Of a DNA stretch of 64,000 nt, positions 48,537 through 59,201 are shown one piece after another. This DNA is from a virus (Duplodnaviria; Caudoviricetes). Within the stretch, counting starts at the first letter, position 1. Each line of letters starts with the position of its first letter. Where the stretch lies: positions 64,001-128,000 of IMG/VR virus record IMGVR_UViG_3300031867_000006; one strand, 5' to 3'. The position numbers and the translations under genes were made by a program. The notes under the pieces were generated by a model that searched no databases, was not told where the DNA came from, and saw only the letters and a list, made by a program, of their open reading frames with translations.

Positions 48537-49221
48537 TATTAACCTCCTTTTTTGATGATGTTTTCTTAGGTTTCTTATAACTAGTATTGCCAGATGGAGT
48601 AGTCTCCTTAATGGTTCCAGAACCAACGACATCATATTTTATTTCATCAGCTTCTTTAAGCTTAACGATATAAACCGACTCGATATCTTCTGTTGGATCT
48701 TGCACTGCTATATTTAAATATTCAGCATCATTTTTTGCAGACTTTAAGGATCTATATACTTCTGCATGATTGAGGTCTTCACAACCTTCAAAATTTAACG
48801 AGAATCTGTTTTTCTTATCATCTTCATCTTTAGCAACTACTTCAGATACATACAATGTATAACCACTCTTATATTTAGCCTTAATAACATATAATGAATT
48901 ATTGGCATAGTCATATGTATCAATAATTTCAGAACCATTTGCAGTCATCTTAATAATGATGAGATTTTTAACAACATCATTGACAGCTTCATTTCCATCT
49001 TCGTGCTTATGCATTGGCTCATCCAGCAATCCATTATCTATGATTCTATTAATCTCATTCTCGGCATACTCTATCTTTCTATAAAAGCACCCATCGAGCA
49101 TTTCTTTAATAATGAAATTCTTATCGTTATAAAACTCAACATAATCTTTCTTATCTTTTACTAATGTAACTCCAATCACATAAAAGCAACTATCATTATT
49201 TACTTTAAATTCATTTGCCAT
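48529..49221 (-). CDS. paralog family protein (two domains)
   Basis: FYVIGV... and LYVIKA..SG..LYV...AEVYRSLKSA. Confidence 0.65.
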   Translation of the reverse strand: MANEFKVNNDSCFYVIGVTLVKDKKDYVEFYNDKNFIIKEMLDGCFYRKIEYAENEINRIIDNGLLDEPMHKHEDGNEAVNDVVKNLIIIKMTANGSEIIDTYDYANNSLYVIKAKYKSGYTLYVSEVVAKDEDDKKNRFSLNFEGCEDLNHAEVYRSLKSAKNDAEYLNIAVQDPTEDIESVYIVKLKEADEIKYDVVGSGTIKETTPSGNTSYKKPKKTSSKKEVNNG

Positions 49222-49222
49222 T

Positions 49223-49582
49223 TTACTTAACCTCCTCTTCAATGTTGTTAATAGCTTCTTCATCGAGCTCTTCCGCAATCATTATCAATTCGCAAGGTAC
49301 TGCTTTTGTGATCTTACCAAACGTAGGATTCCAAGCCTCTCTTTCGATTAAATCTCCACATAATTGTTTAACGAACCACAATTGACCTTCACCAAATGTT
49401 TTTGCAAATATAGGATCTGGCGATATATAAACCACACCGTTTAAAACCTGATCATAATACAGTGGTATATCTAGTGTTGGTACTAAATGAAATGTACCAT
49501 GTTGCTCATAACCGAAATACATAATCTTTCCATTTTCAAATTCCAATTTGATTATATATTTCTTAATTTCTCCAATATCCAT
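49223..49582 (-). CDS. paralog family protein
   Basis: KYIIKLEFENGKIMYF; early motif at 49648. Confidence 0.65.
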   Translation of the reverse strand: MDIGEIKKYIIKLEFENGKIMYFGYEQHGTFHLVPTLDIPLYYDQVLNGVVYISPDPIFAKTFGEGQLWFVKQLCGDLIEREAWNPTFGKITKAVPCELIMIAEELDEEAINNIEEEVK

Positions 49583-49724
49583 ATATACTCCTTTCTAGCG
49601 GAATTTGTTTTGAATCCGCTAACCATCTTTTACTACTACGCCATTATTATAATATACAATTAAAAATAAAAACTAACAACAACCGCAAAAAGATCGCCCT
49701 GGCAAATCGCCAGGGCTTACTGCA

Positions 49725-50939
49725 TTAATTATTTTCTTTATCTTTCTTATCGACTATACGGCACATTACTTTTCTTTCAGGTATATAATTTATATCATGA
49801 CCTTCACGAACATGTCTTTCATACGCATTTACTTCATGAGGTATAAACATACATGTATCTTTACTATAGACCTTATCCCAATTATCAACGCCTGGTTGTA
49901 GTGTATCTTTATCTAAATCATATTTACAACCAGCTTTCCATTGAGAGTAGCCAGGAAGTGATGGTAAGTCATCTATAAACTTTCTAAGATGAAGCCATTC
50001 TGGATCTACAGACACGCCGCCTTCTATACCAACTTCTTCTCCACACCCACCATAATCTTTAAATGCATCACAATTTTCATTATAGCATCTACATAATACA
50101 GAATTCCATAACCTTGATTCCTTTGGATATTTAGCATATAATCCTGGTTCATCTAATATACCAACTCCATATAATGTAGGTACTGAATGGTCTCTAATCA
50201 TATTATTAACTATGCTGCTATAACTATATTCATATTCGTAACCAGTGTCAAATCTAACTTTAAAGAACTTACTTCTTCCCTTATTACCAACATATTCTAA
50301 AACTTTATAATGAATACCTTGACCATTTACATTCTCATAATCAACAAGCATTCTTTTATCGTGATCTTTAACATATCCGGATAAAATATTGAATTTTCTA
50401 GCAGTATCAAAATTACCGGTTTCTAAAAATTGTATCTTATATAATGGTGGATTTTTACTACCTTCTATATATTCTATAACTTTAATTGGACCATCGCATC
50501 TACTCATATATTCACATCCAACTATTTCATATGGATCTACATTTTTATGACCATCACAACTAACCAATCCCTTTTGTATATTTGCTTTAGTTGCAATACC
50601 AGTGCCACCATTATCAAAAGTTACTTCATATTTATGCTGACCGTCTTTACCTAAATATCCAGTGACTGTAAATGGACCAAATACTTTACTTTCTCCTCGA
50701 TGACCAACAAAGTCCAGCGGATTATTAACTTTATAGGTTATTCTCCCATTTTTAATATTATATTTATCTTTGCTAATTGGTGTTTGGCTAGGGTCTTCAT
50801 CAAATAATACCATATAATAATGCTTTTTATCTGGATCTTTTCCTACTACTTTAAACTTACCTGCAGTTAAACTAACGCCTTCGTAATTTAACATTTCATC
50901 ATCGTCACTTATTTGTACAATTTTTACTTCATTATTCAT
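49725..50939 (-). CDS. free-standing HNH-type homing endonuclease with N-terminal repeated DNA-binding modules
   Basis: PTLYGVG, WNSVLCRCY, YGG, EW..F, LDKD, YSKDTCMFIP..VN; four repeats of V..Y.....Y.V.F..G......I..G. Confidence 0.75.
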   Translation of the reverse strand: MNNEVKIVQISDDDEMLNYEGVSLTAGKFKVVGKDPDKKHYYMVLFDEDPSQTPISKDKYNIKNGRITYKVNNPLDFVGHRGESKVFGPFTVTGYLGKDGQHKYEVTFDNGGTGIATKANIQKGLVSCDGHKNVDPYEIVGCEYMSRCDGPIKVIEYIEGSKNPPLYKIQFLETGNFDTARKFNILSGYVKDHDKRMLVDYENVNGQGIHYKVLEYVGNKGRSKFFKVRFDTGYEYEYSYSSIVNNMIRDHSVPTLYGVGILDEPGLYAKYPKESRLWNSVLCRCYNENCDAFKDYGGCGEEVGIEGGVSVDPEWLHLRKFIDDLPSLPGYSQWKAGCKYDLDKDTLQPGVDNWDKVYSKDTCMFIPHEVNAYERHVREGHDINYIPERKVMCRIVDKKDKENN

Positions 50940-51042
50940 ATTAAATTCCTCCTTAAAAATATTATAAGTATTATAAACATGTTACATTATATGTATATTT
51001 TTACATTTATATTCATATCTTATAATAAGTAACGAAAATAGA

Positions 51043-51066
51043 CCCCTAGGCTATTACGCCTAGGGG
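51043..51066 (-). terminator. CCTAGG-family terminator after the capsid gene
   Basis: CCCCTAGGC-TATTAC-GCCTAGGGG; same core at 58679-58700. Confidence 0.75.
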
Positions 51067-51101
51067 AATTATTATAAAAAATAAATATATTATTTTTTAT
51101 T

Positions 51102-52961
51102 TTAGCCGTTGAACTCTTCCGGAGCAACGTTAGTATTGGTAGTAGCATCAAAACTAGCGTACACTTTCTGGAGATCGTTGTTCGCATATAAAAGTTCAGA
51201 GCCAGGGATGAGCTGTTCGTCAGTCGGTGTAGGAAGGTACTCACGGATTCCTGTAGGATTAGCCACTAAGATCCGCCCTTGAACCGGCTGATACTCCCAG
51301 AATTTGTACCTCTGGAATGCAGTAAGTGCAGGCAATGCAGGATTAGCAGCACTTCTCACCTCATTCGATATATAGAGCATATAATCGTAGCAACGATATA
51401 CAATCCTATTGCTATTCTTCGGGTTAAGAAGAACGATGATAGAATCGTCACCATACATCTTATCGGAACTGATGAAGTTGTATACACGCTTGGTGGAGCT
51501 TACTACAGTCTTGCGATAATTGAGCTCGATCGGGCCAACGTTATCGCCTGTCTGATAGCTGAACTCCTGAGGAATGATCTGCTCGATGATGCCAGGGCGA
51601 GCTACAAGGCTGATCTCCATATTAGGATCACGCAATACAGTAAGAAGGCCGCTGATGTAGTTATTCAGGGTATTCATAAAAGTCTTGCGTAACCACTCAA
51701 GGTGATCACTGTAGTATCCATCGCGGGGAGCGAAGTCGATTGTTCTCTTAAGTCTGTTGTTGTCATCCAGACGAAGGAAGCTCTCGTTAAGCTCGTTATG
51801 GATATCGTCATCCTTTACGTTGTCCATGATATCCTTAATGATGCTCATGTACTTAGTAACCTGATTGATGCCATACATAGCACCGATATCCTTAACTTCC
51901 TCGGGAGTGATAGGTACGGTAATACCATCATTCTCAGGGATCTGCACGAAAGTTGTACGTTCCTGCCATTCAACACGGCTGGTCTTAAGCTGGCGAGTAG
52001 AAGCGTCATAGCGAGCTGCCATCTTAACAGCCTTGATATTTCCGCCGGAGTTGATCTCGAACATGTTATCCTTCTCGGTTGCGTACAGAGAATCATGGAA
52101 GTCCTTAGTAGTAGTTGCGGAATCTGCAAGTACCATATCTACGGGCTGCATGATGATTCTGTTGTAATCACCGTATCCAGGATTAAACTCAGCTTTCCAG
52201 GGCTTCCATACTAATGCCTTACCAGCAGAAGCAGCCTTAGACTCTGTAATTGTACCGTCGTTACCAATTGTAAGTACATCAGCGCCTGCAGCAACATACT
52301 CTTCTACTGCAACTGCACAGATATGTGTAGCAACGGAAAGATTGTGATCTACGCGAGGCACATGGAAATACTCGTTAAGGATATCAACACTATTAACCTC
52401 GGGAAGAGCAATAGCTACTTCAACTACAGGGTTAGCAGACTTCCAAGCCTTGAAGATCTGGTTCTGCTGATTAGCGATATCGATACGAGTTCCATCGGGA
52501 GTTACCATGTAACGAGTTTCCATAGTCTCAGTCCATGAAGGCGCCTCGGCTACGAATCTCGGGATAGCCTGTGCGAATACACAGTTAAGCATAAGGTACT
52601 TATGCATAGGCAGTGAAATACCTACCATAGGATTGTACTGTGCAAGACCTGCAACAGCATTTTCCTGAACGGCCTGCATATCGTTAAGGAACAGTGCCTT
52701 CATATCCTTAACGTGATCCTCATACTGAGCCTGAGTCATATTGTTCTTATCACCAACGAGGGAATCTTCTACGAAGAACTCCTGAAGAGCATCCCTATTG
52801 GAAGGAATAGAAAGCGTGTGAATGGGATCAAATCCGTAGTTCACATGACTTTCACGCAGCATATTCTGCTGGGTCTCTAAGAATTTCTTAGCATAACCAT
52901 ACATGGGGTTTTTAGACATATCACCCATGTTACGGGTTTTTCTTTGTCCTACCTGCGGCAT
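51102..52961 (-). CDS. major capsid protein precursor
   Basis: 619 aa with strongly biased codon usage, late promoter AACA-N6-TA at 53018-53029, clustered with head genes and protease; probable cleavage near AVQE/N. Confidence 0.75.
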   Translation of the reverse strand: MPQVGQRKTRNMGDMSKNPMYGYAKKFLETQQNMLRESHVNYGFDPIHTLSIPSNRDALQEFFVEDSLVGDKNNMTQAQYEDHVKDMKALFLNDMQAVQENAVAGLAQYNPMVGISLPMHKYLMLNCVFAQAIPRFVAEAPSWTETMETRYMVTPDGTRIDIANQQNQIFKAWKSANPVVEVAIALPEVNSVDILNEYFHVPRVDHNLSVATHICAVAVEEYVAAGADVLTIGNDGTITESKAASAGKALVWKPWKAEFNPGYGDYNRIIMQPVDMVLADSATTTKDFHDSLYATEKDNMFEINSGGNIKAVKMAARYDASTRQLKTSRVEWQERTTFVQIPENDGITVPITPEEVKDIGAMYGINQVTKYMSIIKDIMDNVKDDDIHNELNESFLRLDDNNRLKRTIDFAPRDGYYSDHLEWLRKTFMNTLNNYISGLLTVLRDPNMEISLVARPGIIEQIIPQEFSYQTGDNVGPIELNYRKTVVSSTKRVYNFISSDKMYGDDSIIVLLNPKNSNRIVYRCYDYMLYISNEVRSAANPALPALTAFQRYKFWEYQPVQGRILVANPTGIREYLPTPTDEQLIPGSELLYANNDLQKVYASFDATTNTNVAPEEFNG

Positions 52962-53030
52962 GATATATACCTCCTTATAAATTTTTTATCATGATTTAGG
53001 GGTGGTAACCTAAATATTATTATATTGTTA

Positions 53031-54056
53031 TTACTTTTCATCTTCTTTTTGCTTTGCAGAAGACTGTATTAGCGTTTTTAATACCTCACTAATTTGCGAT
53101 AGATACATGAGATTCATCTCATAATTCTCTTTATTCTGTATATACGTTCTCGTTACATAAGTCTTAGTAATGGTATCGTTAAGTATCTCCTTAAAGTTGT
53201 CCAGATTCTTACCTAAGAAGTCTAGCGTTGCTATATTCTTAGCAGTCTTATCTATCTTATTAAGATCTTCAATGATAACACATACTGTATCATACATATC
53301 TATATAATTCCTAATAAGTTCTGCGTTCATTATAGCCAACTGAGCTGGTTCTAAATCCTGGAATAAATTCTTCTCCTGCTCTTTAGGATCTACTTCTCCT
53401 TCATCTTCTCCATCCATTCCAAGATCTTCAGTATCATCGTTATTATCAGCATCAGGATCATCATTGGTAGATCCAGTATCGTCTCCACCATCGCCCTCAG
53501 CATCCTCATTACCTTCTTCATCATCTATCCCTTCTGTATAATCTGTTCCTCCTCCGGCGCCATCATCTCCACCAGCTCCAGCACCATCGTCGGTATTACC
53601 TTCAGGAACATCACCATCGTTAGGATCGCCAGCATTATCATCACCAGTATCTCCATCATCGCCTGTATCATCTCCTCCATCGTCATCGTCTTCTAAACCT
53701 TCTAAATCGTCAGTATAGTCAGTAGCTGTATCATTATCAGACCCTGCATCAGTATTATCAGTGTCTTCTCCAGCTTCCCCATCTTCACCGGCAGCTTCAT
53801 CATTATCCTGCCCATTGCCGTCATCCCCATCAGTATTAGCGTTGTCAGTAGTGTTATCATCTACATTACCGCCATCATTAGACTCTGCATTGGTACTAAC
53901 AGTGCCATCACTATCTCCCCCACCTGCAGTATCGCCTCCATTATTTTCTTCTTCTGTATCATCATCTACTCCTGCGGTGTAGTCGTTCTCGTCTTCATCT
54001 TCACGAGTATCTACACCATTTATTTCTAATTCTTGTAAAATTTCTAAATCGTTCAT
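53031..54056 (-). CDS. acidic head/scaffold-like protein
   Basis: Long Asp/Gly-rich low-complexity tract and helical C-terminus, adjacent to capsid gene. Confidence 0.55.
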   Translation of the reverse strand: MNDLEILQELEINGVDTREDEDENDYTAGVDDDTEEENNGGDTAGGGDSDGTVSTNAESNDGGNVDDNTTDNANTDGDDGNGQDNDEAAGEDGEAGEDTDNTDAGSDNDTATDYTDDLEGLEDDDDGGDDTGDDGDTGDDNAGDPNDGDVPEGNTDDGAGAGGDDGAGGGTDYTEGIDDEEGNEDAEGDGGDDTGSTNDDPDADNNDDTEDLGMDGEDEGEVDPKEQEKNLFQDLEPAQLAIMNAELIRNYIDMYDTVCVIIEDLNKIDKTAKNIATLDFLGKNLDNFKEILNDTITKTYVTRTYIQNKENYEMNLMYLSQISEVLKTLIQSSAKQKEDEK

Positions 54057-54085
54057 AGAGGAACTTCCTCCTTTCAATATGTTAA

Positions 54086-56593
54086 TTAATCACCATCTCT
54101 TAAGGACTTAGGCGTCGCCGTAGAGTCAGGAACATTCTGGTTATGCTCTACGTTCATTTTATATTTGATTCTCTGCTGTTGCCTCTCGAGATTTCTCTGG
54201 ATCTTTTCATATTCACGAACCTTCTTAAGATCGTTATTATTCTCAGCCCGCTGGATATATCTCTCGCACATCTTCAATTCGATCTCTATATCATCAAGAA
54301 CTAATTGACGTTCTTTATTCTGCATCTTCTTCATGCAAGCAAATGTGCCAATTGCTCCTATAACAGCGATGGCCGGATTTATAGCCCAAGCAACGCCTAC
54401 AGTCAATGCAAGCTTAATACATTTAGATGCTGAAGGAATAATGCTTCCTTTGATGACTGCTTCCCGATTACCGTTCTGTAATGAAGTCTCGATGCTCTTA
54501 GATATAGAGTTTACTGAAGCATCTATATTGCTGGATAATCTCTTCTCTTTATCGGATAAGTTCATAGCGTCTCTCTTAAGATTCTTCATAGCAAGCTTCA
54601 GAGAATTGGTAAATTCCATCTCATTAATATATCCATCATTCTTAATCTTAGCAGCCTCATTGATGAATTTAAGATAACAAATAATACTCTTCATAGAAGA
54701 CGCTGTATTATATACGTTAGTTGATTCCATCTTAGCAATATTACTGTTAAGAGTCTCAATACGCATATAGTCTTTGTAGCTCTTCTCTCTGATAGCCCTG
54801 AGATTATATCTTTCGGAAATAAGTGCTTCTTTAAACGCATTCTTTTCCATAATCACAGGCACTGTGATTACAAAATCGCCTAAAGCATCAATATCGTCAT
54901 TACTCATCTTGAATATATTATTCTTAATAATGCCATCGAGATTATCCTCAACAGTCTGATCTGTTATAGAAGACATAAGCTGCTCAATAAGAACTATTGA
55001 AGCCAAATTAGCTCTGGTCTGCTCATCGAAATCGGTATCCCAATCATCATCACCCCAGTCGTCATCATCAAGATCAAAGTCATCATCATAATCGTAGTCC
55101 ATTCTTTCATCATTCTCCTCATCGGTGAAATTGGAATATGAATAATCTTTAATCTTTTCCAGATCTTTTTTAAGAGCATCGAGATACTTATTGTAACGAT
55201 CCTTTGTATCTTCATCTTTAGCGTTCTTTAGCTTATCGTTAACAGCGGCGATCTCATTCTTATACGCCTCGATCATCTTATCGCACTGCTTACGTGTCAG
55301 ATGAAGCTTCACAGTCTGGTCAGCTATAAGAGTGACAATACCAACAACCGGATGTATAGCAAATCCGCCAACTACGAAGACGCCTCTAATAATACTAAGC
55401 ATATTCGGTAGCTCATATACTATCTGATATGGAGATTGTGCGAAGAATTTGTTGATGAATTGCTTGAGCTTATCTACTGTAGTGTCATCCTTATTCTTCA
55501 GACAATTCTCTCTAAATTCAGCAACCATCTGCTTAACCTTATCGTCACGTTTCTCTTCCGGAGTACGATTATCCTTCTTTTTGAATTTACTCTTGATATC
55601 TTTTAAGAAGTGCTTATCGCCTTCAGAGACAGCTAAGAGACTAGCATCATCTGCTGTGAGATCAAGATCATCCTTACTGATGGTATCTGCTGATAAGAAT
55701 ATATTATCCCACATACCATACTCAAATAATACAGACTTCTTAGCAACTTTATCTATAGATTCCTTAATGGATTCATCATAATCACCAGAAAAAATAAAAT
55801 AGTCTGTTACACACTCGACTATAGTTTCAGATGGAATCTTAATAAAGTGCTTATTGAATACATAATAAGCTGTCTCTAATGCTGTATTATATTTTACATC
55901 AAATGATGTATCCAGAGTATCAATACATCTAGCTATCTGATATATAGCCGGTTTGATATCCTGCTCAAGAACACCATAAACCATACTATCAAGATTAAAG
56001 ACTTTCGACAGCTTACCATAATTAGACAGTATTCTATCACACTGTGCCGCATTTCTAGCATGCTCCAGAAGTGTACTCATTACTGATTCTAATGCGGCTT
56101 CATTCTGCTGATTATCATCACTTTTAACAATACCATCCTTAGTAACATCCGTCTTAGGCAGCGCACCCTTAAGACTGTTCTGAAGGTTATTCAGACTACC
56201 AAATATAGCATTAGTTACATCATCATGCTTATTATTGATCTTGGTAAGGATCTTTGACTTAAGATGGCTATTTCTATAATTGATAGAATTCATAAGCTGT
56301 TTAGCATCACGAACTTTATCAACGTTCTCATTAAGAATATTACCATAATAAGTAATCTTGCTAGCTGTAGCGTTAGGATCGCTAGCATATTCGATGAAAA
56401 CATCAAGAGCCTTCTCGAAGGCTCTATTAGTATCTTCATTAAGCCTCGTCCAATTACCAATTGTGGAGGCTACATTATTCTCTGTTAGAACGCCTGCTTC
56501 ATTATATGCAGACCTCTTGCATTTCTGAAAGGTGTTTTCAAATCGGCTACAAACCGATTTTTCACGTTTGTTTATATCTTTAATCGATAACAT
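54086..56593 (-). CDS. virion structural (head) protein
   Basis: 835 aa, coiled coils, many xNE/xxE sites; late promoter at 56622-56633. Confidence 0.6.
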   Translation of the reverse strand: MLSIKDINKREKSVCSRFENTFQKCKRSAYNEAGVLTENNVASTIGNWTRLNEDTNRAFEKALDVFIEYASDPNATASKITYYGNILNENVDKVRDAKQLMNSINYRNSHLKSKILTKINNKHDDVTNAIFGSLNNLQNSLKGALPKTDVTKDGIVKSDDNQQNEAALESVMSTLLEHARNAAQCDRILSNYGKLSKVFNLDSMVYGVLEQDIKPAIYQIARCIDTLDTSFDVKYNTALETAYYVFNKHFIKIPSETIVECVTDYFIFSGDYDESIKESIDKVAKKSVLFEYGMWDNIFLSADTISKDDLDLTADDASLLAVSEGDKHFLKDIKSKFKKKDNRTPEEKRDDKVKQMVAEFRENCLKNKDDTTVDKLKQFINKFFAQSPYQIVYELPNMLSIIRGVFVVGGFAIHPVVGIVTLIADQTVKLHLTRKQCDKMIEAYKNEIAAVNDKLKNAKDEDTKDRYNKYLDALKKDLEKIKDYSYSNFTDEENDERMDYDYDDDFDLDDDDWGDDDWDTDFDEQTRANLASIVLIEQLMSSITDQTVEDNLDGIIKNNIFKMSNDDIDALGDFVITVPVIMEKNAFKEALISERYNLRAIREKSYKDYMRIETLNSNIAKMESTNVYNTASSMKSIICYLKFINEAAKIKNDGYINEMEFTNSLKLAMKNLKRDAMNLSDKEKRLSSNIDASVNSISKSIETSLQNGNREAVIKGSIIPSASKCIKLALTVGVAWAINPAIAVIGAIGTFACMKKMQNKERQLVLDDIEIELKMCERYIQRAENNNDLKKVREYEKIQRNLERQQQRIKYKMNVEHNQNVPDSTATPKSLRDGD

Positions 56594-56768
56594 CTTAAAC
56601 CTCCCATATAAATAAACTTATTACTATAAAGTTCACTAATTTAAGCAAAAAAGAATACCGCGGTGGCCTTCCACGGTATTCTTTGCTATATATCAAACAG
56701 AAGGAGTCGTAACAAATCGGTAACGGTGTAACAAATCCGTATGGAGATTTCTCCCTCTGTTGATACCA

Positions 56769-57254
56769 CTACTTACGATCGGGATGCTTTTCCATATAAT
56801 TCTTAATATGGATTAATTCAGCACTAGCCCAATCATCATTCTCAAGCTCCTCTTCTGTATAGAGATGCTTAAGAATCTCAATAGCCTTGGCGGGATGCTC
56901 GAACTTAAGGTCTGACCATTCACACCAACCAAGACGATAACCACCTTTAGATGCACGATAATAGTCATTATAAACCATATCATCAACTACATCAGCAGGC
57001 ACTTCTGGATGGTTTTTCTTAATCCACTTTTCGAGCTCATCTGATGGTACGCCATTACACTTAATTGGATCATCATAAATACGATTACAATAATCGCACT
57101 TAGCGCCCGAACAAGTACCGCAGTCGTCATCCATTTCGAATGGCGACATATAATGATCATGACCAGTCAAATGCGAAGGAATATACTCCTTCCAGCGATC
57201 CCAATGATCTACATTTTCGAAAAGCGGGTAAAGATCAATAGTTTTAATATCCAT
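56769..57254 (-). CDS. hypothetical protein with CxxC motifs
   Basis: CGTC/CDYC; early motif at 57335. Confidence 0.7.
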   Translation of the reverse strand: MDIKTIDLYPLFENVDHWDRWKEYIPSHLTGHDHYMSPFEMDDDCGTCSGAKCDYCNRIYDDPIKCNGVPSDELEKWIKKNHPEVPADVVDDMVYNDYYRASKGGYRLGWCEWSDLKFEHPAKAIEILKHLYTEEELENDDWASAELIHIKNYMEKHPDRK

Positions 57255-57378
57255 AATGATATCTCCTTTCTTTGTATGCATTAGGACTCTTTATTAGCAC
57301 TACGCTAAACCTAATATCCATATCATTACATTATTATATTATACAATTAAAATAACCCAAATTAACACATAGCCTTAA

Positions 57379-57390
57379 AACATTAATATA
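57379..57390 (+). promoter_or_regulatory. late-type promoter RAC(A/T)-N6-TA
   Basis: Same motif on + at 10393, 22503, 26183, 60088 and on - at 6033, 10149, 17163, 32636, 42940, 53018, 56622, 61695. Confidence 0.7.
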
Positions 57391-57436
57391 ATTGATTACG
57401 AACTAAATTAGTATAAATAGATATGGAGGTTTAATC

Positions 57437-58276
57437 ATGAATGGAAATAGAGCAATTGCATCTATCATCCTTGAAGGCGCTTCTACCGTCGAGGATGTTA
57501 TTCTTACTAAAGATAAGAAATCCAACAGAGTAATTGGAGAAGGAACTCTCCAGGATATGGATAAAGAAAATAGAAATGGTCGTATATATGCAGAAGCCGA
57601 TCTTAAACCTGAGATTAATGGAGCTCGTATGAAAGAGCTTATTAAGCATGGTTATATGCTTGGTGAAGCCGGTCATCCTCTTTCAGATGATCTTATTAGG
57701 CAGCAGACTATTGATCCTAAACTCACTGCAGTTCGTTACCTCAAAGTTTGGACTGAAGGTAAGCTCGTTAGAGGTCAGTTCATGGGAACTAATAATAATT
57801 ATGGTGAGACATTCGATCAGGATATGAGAGATGGATATAATCCTTCCTTCTCACTTAGAGCTCTTGGTTCTATAGAAAACGTTGGCGGAAAGGCTTACGT
57901 TAAAGGTATCAAGATTATCACATGGGATTGGGTTGTCTATCCTTCGCACGTCACCGCATATCAAGATAAACTAATAAGTGAGAGTGCGGTAAGAAATAAA
58001 GAGCAGATTAATGAAAATCAGATTATTGTTCCTGAGAACGATCCTGGTACAATTATCTCTATCACAGGTCATGATGTAAACACAGCATTAGATAAACTGC
58101 AGAAAGAGTCTGCAAATGTTACAACAATTATTAATACATTCGATGGTATTTATGACCGCATCGATCTTGTAAATGAGCACACTCTTAAGATGACTTCAAA
58201 ATTCGGTGAAACTATTACAGTTAATCTTGAGAATCATGTTGGAAATGTTATCCGCGATTACTGTTTCAAGTTCTAA
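57437..58276 (+). CDS. prohead core protease (T4 gp21-like)
   Basis: NRNGRIY, GEAGHP, SFSLRALG, TWDWVVYPSH catalytic motifs. Confidence 0.88.
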   Translation: MNGNRAIASIILEGASTVEDVILTKDKKSNRVIGEGTLQDMDKENRNGRIYAEADLKPEINGARMKELIKHGYMLGEAGHPLSDDLIRQQTIDPKLTAVRYLKVWTEGKLVRGQFMGTNNNYGETFDQDMRDGYNPSFSLRALGSIENVGGKAYVKGIKIITWDWVVYPSHVTAYQDKLISESAVRNKEQINENQIIVPENDPGTIISITGHDVNTALDKLQKESANVTTIINTFDGIYDRIDLVNEHTLKMTSKFGETITVNLENHVGNVIRDYCFKF

Positions 58277-58706
58277 TATACTTCATTTTCACCTCGCGCC
58301 CTCTAGGCTTAGGTCTAGAGGGTATTTTTATACAATATACTAAACAAAAAAATAAGCGGCGCTTGTTACACCGCTTATTATAGGTAGTCGAACTTTGAAT
58401 TTTTTGGTTTAAACATGTTTATGCTTTGTAAGTATAGAAATTAATACCAGGAAATTTAGTTATTTCAACAGTAACTTTCTCTGGCAATTTTCTTTTGCTA
58501 ATTAACGCATCTAGCTCTAATCTAGCGCGTATATCAGCAGGAAGATTTTTGGTCTCGACTACCATACTTTTCACCTCCTCTGATGTAGTGATATTAATAT
58601 AGAATAAAAATAGCCACTATATTGCTACATCAGAGATATAATATATAAGTGAAATACAGAACTTTAACAAAAAATAATCCCTAGGCTATTACGCCTAGGG
58701 AGTTTA

Positions 58707-58874
58707 TTATTCATCTAATAATTCGACTACGTCTAATCCAGGTGATAAATTAATTCCTTCTTTATCATTAAATTCAAATATTTTATCCAAGAAATAGTTT
58801 ATCCCTTCAACATATTCTTCTTTTACTTCAATAATAGTTTCCCGACCATCTATAACAACTCTGTACTTTCTCAT
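58707..58874 (-). CDS. small hypothetical protein (55 aa)
   Basis: MRKYRVVIDGRETIIEV...; overlaps upstream stop, GGAGG RBS. Confidence 0.6.
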   Translation of the reverse strand: MRKYRVVIDGRETIIEVKEEYVEGINYFLDKIFEFNDKEGINLSPGLDVVELLDE

Positions 58875-59038
58875 TTCCTATCCTCCACTATTCTACACAT
58901 TGTTTTTCTCTGGTTCTTATCTTCTGGTATATGGATCTCTAAATCTATCTTTCCATCTCGTGTTTTATTGAAATCTATTGTAGTATTAGAGATTCTGTCA
59001 ATAGTATTAATTACTTTCTTGAGTGTATCATTCTGCAT
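58871..59038 (-). CDS. small protein, paralog B, ending KNQRKTMCRIVEDRK
   Basis: Manual translation; paralogous to 59028-59201. Confidence 0.7.
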   Translation of the reverse strand: MQNDTLKKVINTIDRISNTTIDFNKTRDGKIDLEIHIPEDKNQRKTMCRIVEDRK

Positions 59039-59201
59039 CTTTATTGTCTCCTATGATATGACACATTGTTTTTCTCTGGTTCTTACCTTCAGGAATATGA
59101 ACTACATCTATCCTGCCATCTTCTCTTTTTCTAAAATCTACGGTATTTCCAATAACTTTATCTATAAATTCTGTTGCTTGCTCGAATATATTCTTATCCA
59201 T
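59028..59201 (-). CDS. small protein, paralog A, ending KNQRKTMCHIIGDNKDAE
   Basis: Manual translation; AGGAG RBS. Confidence 0.7.
   Translation of the reverse strand: MDKNIFEQATEFIDKVIGNTVDFRKREDGRIDVVHIPEGKNQRKTMCHIIGDNKDAE

Noticed and set aside
53400-54010. Repetitive CATC/ATC-rich DNA
   Set aside because: Explained by Asp/Gly-rich low-complexity coding sequence
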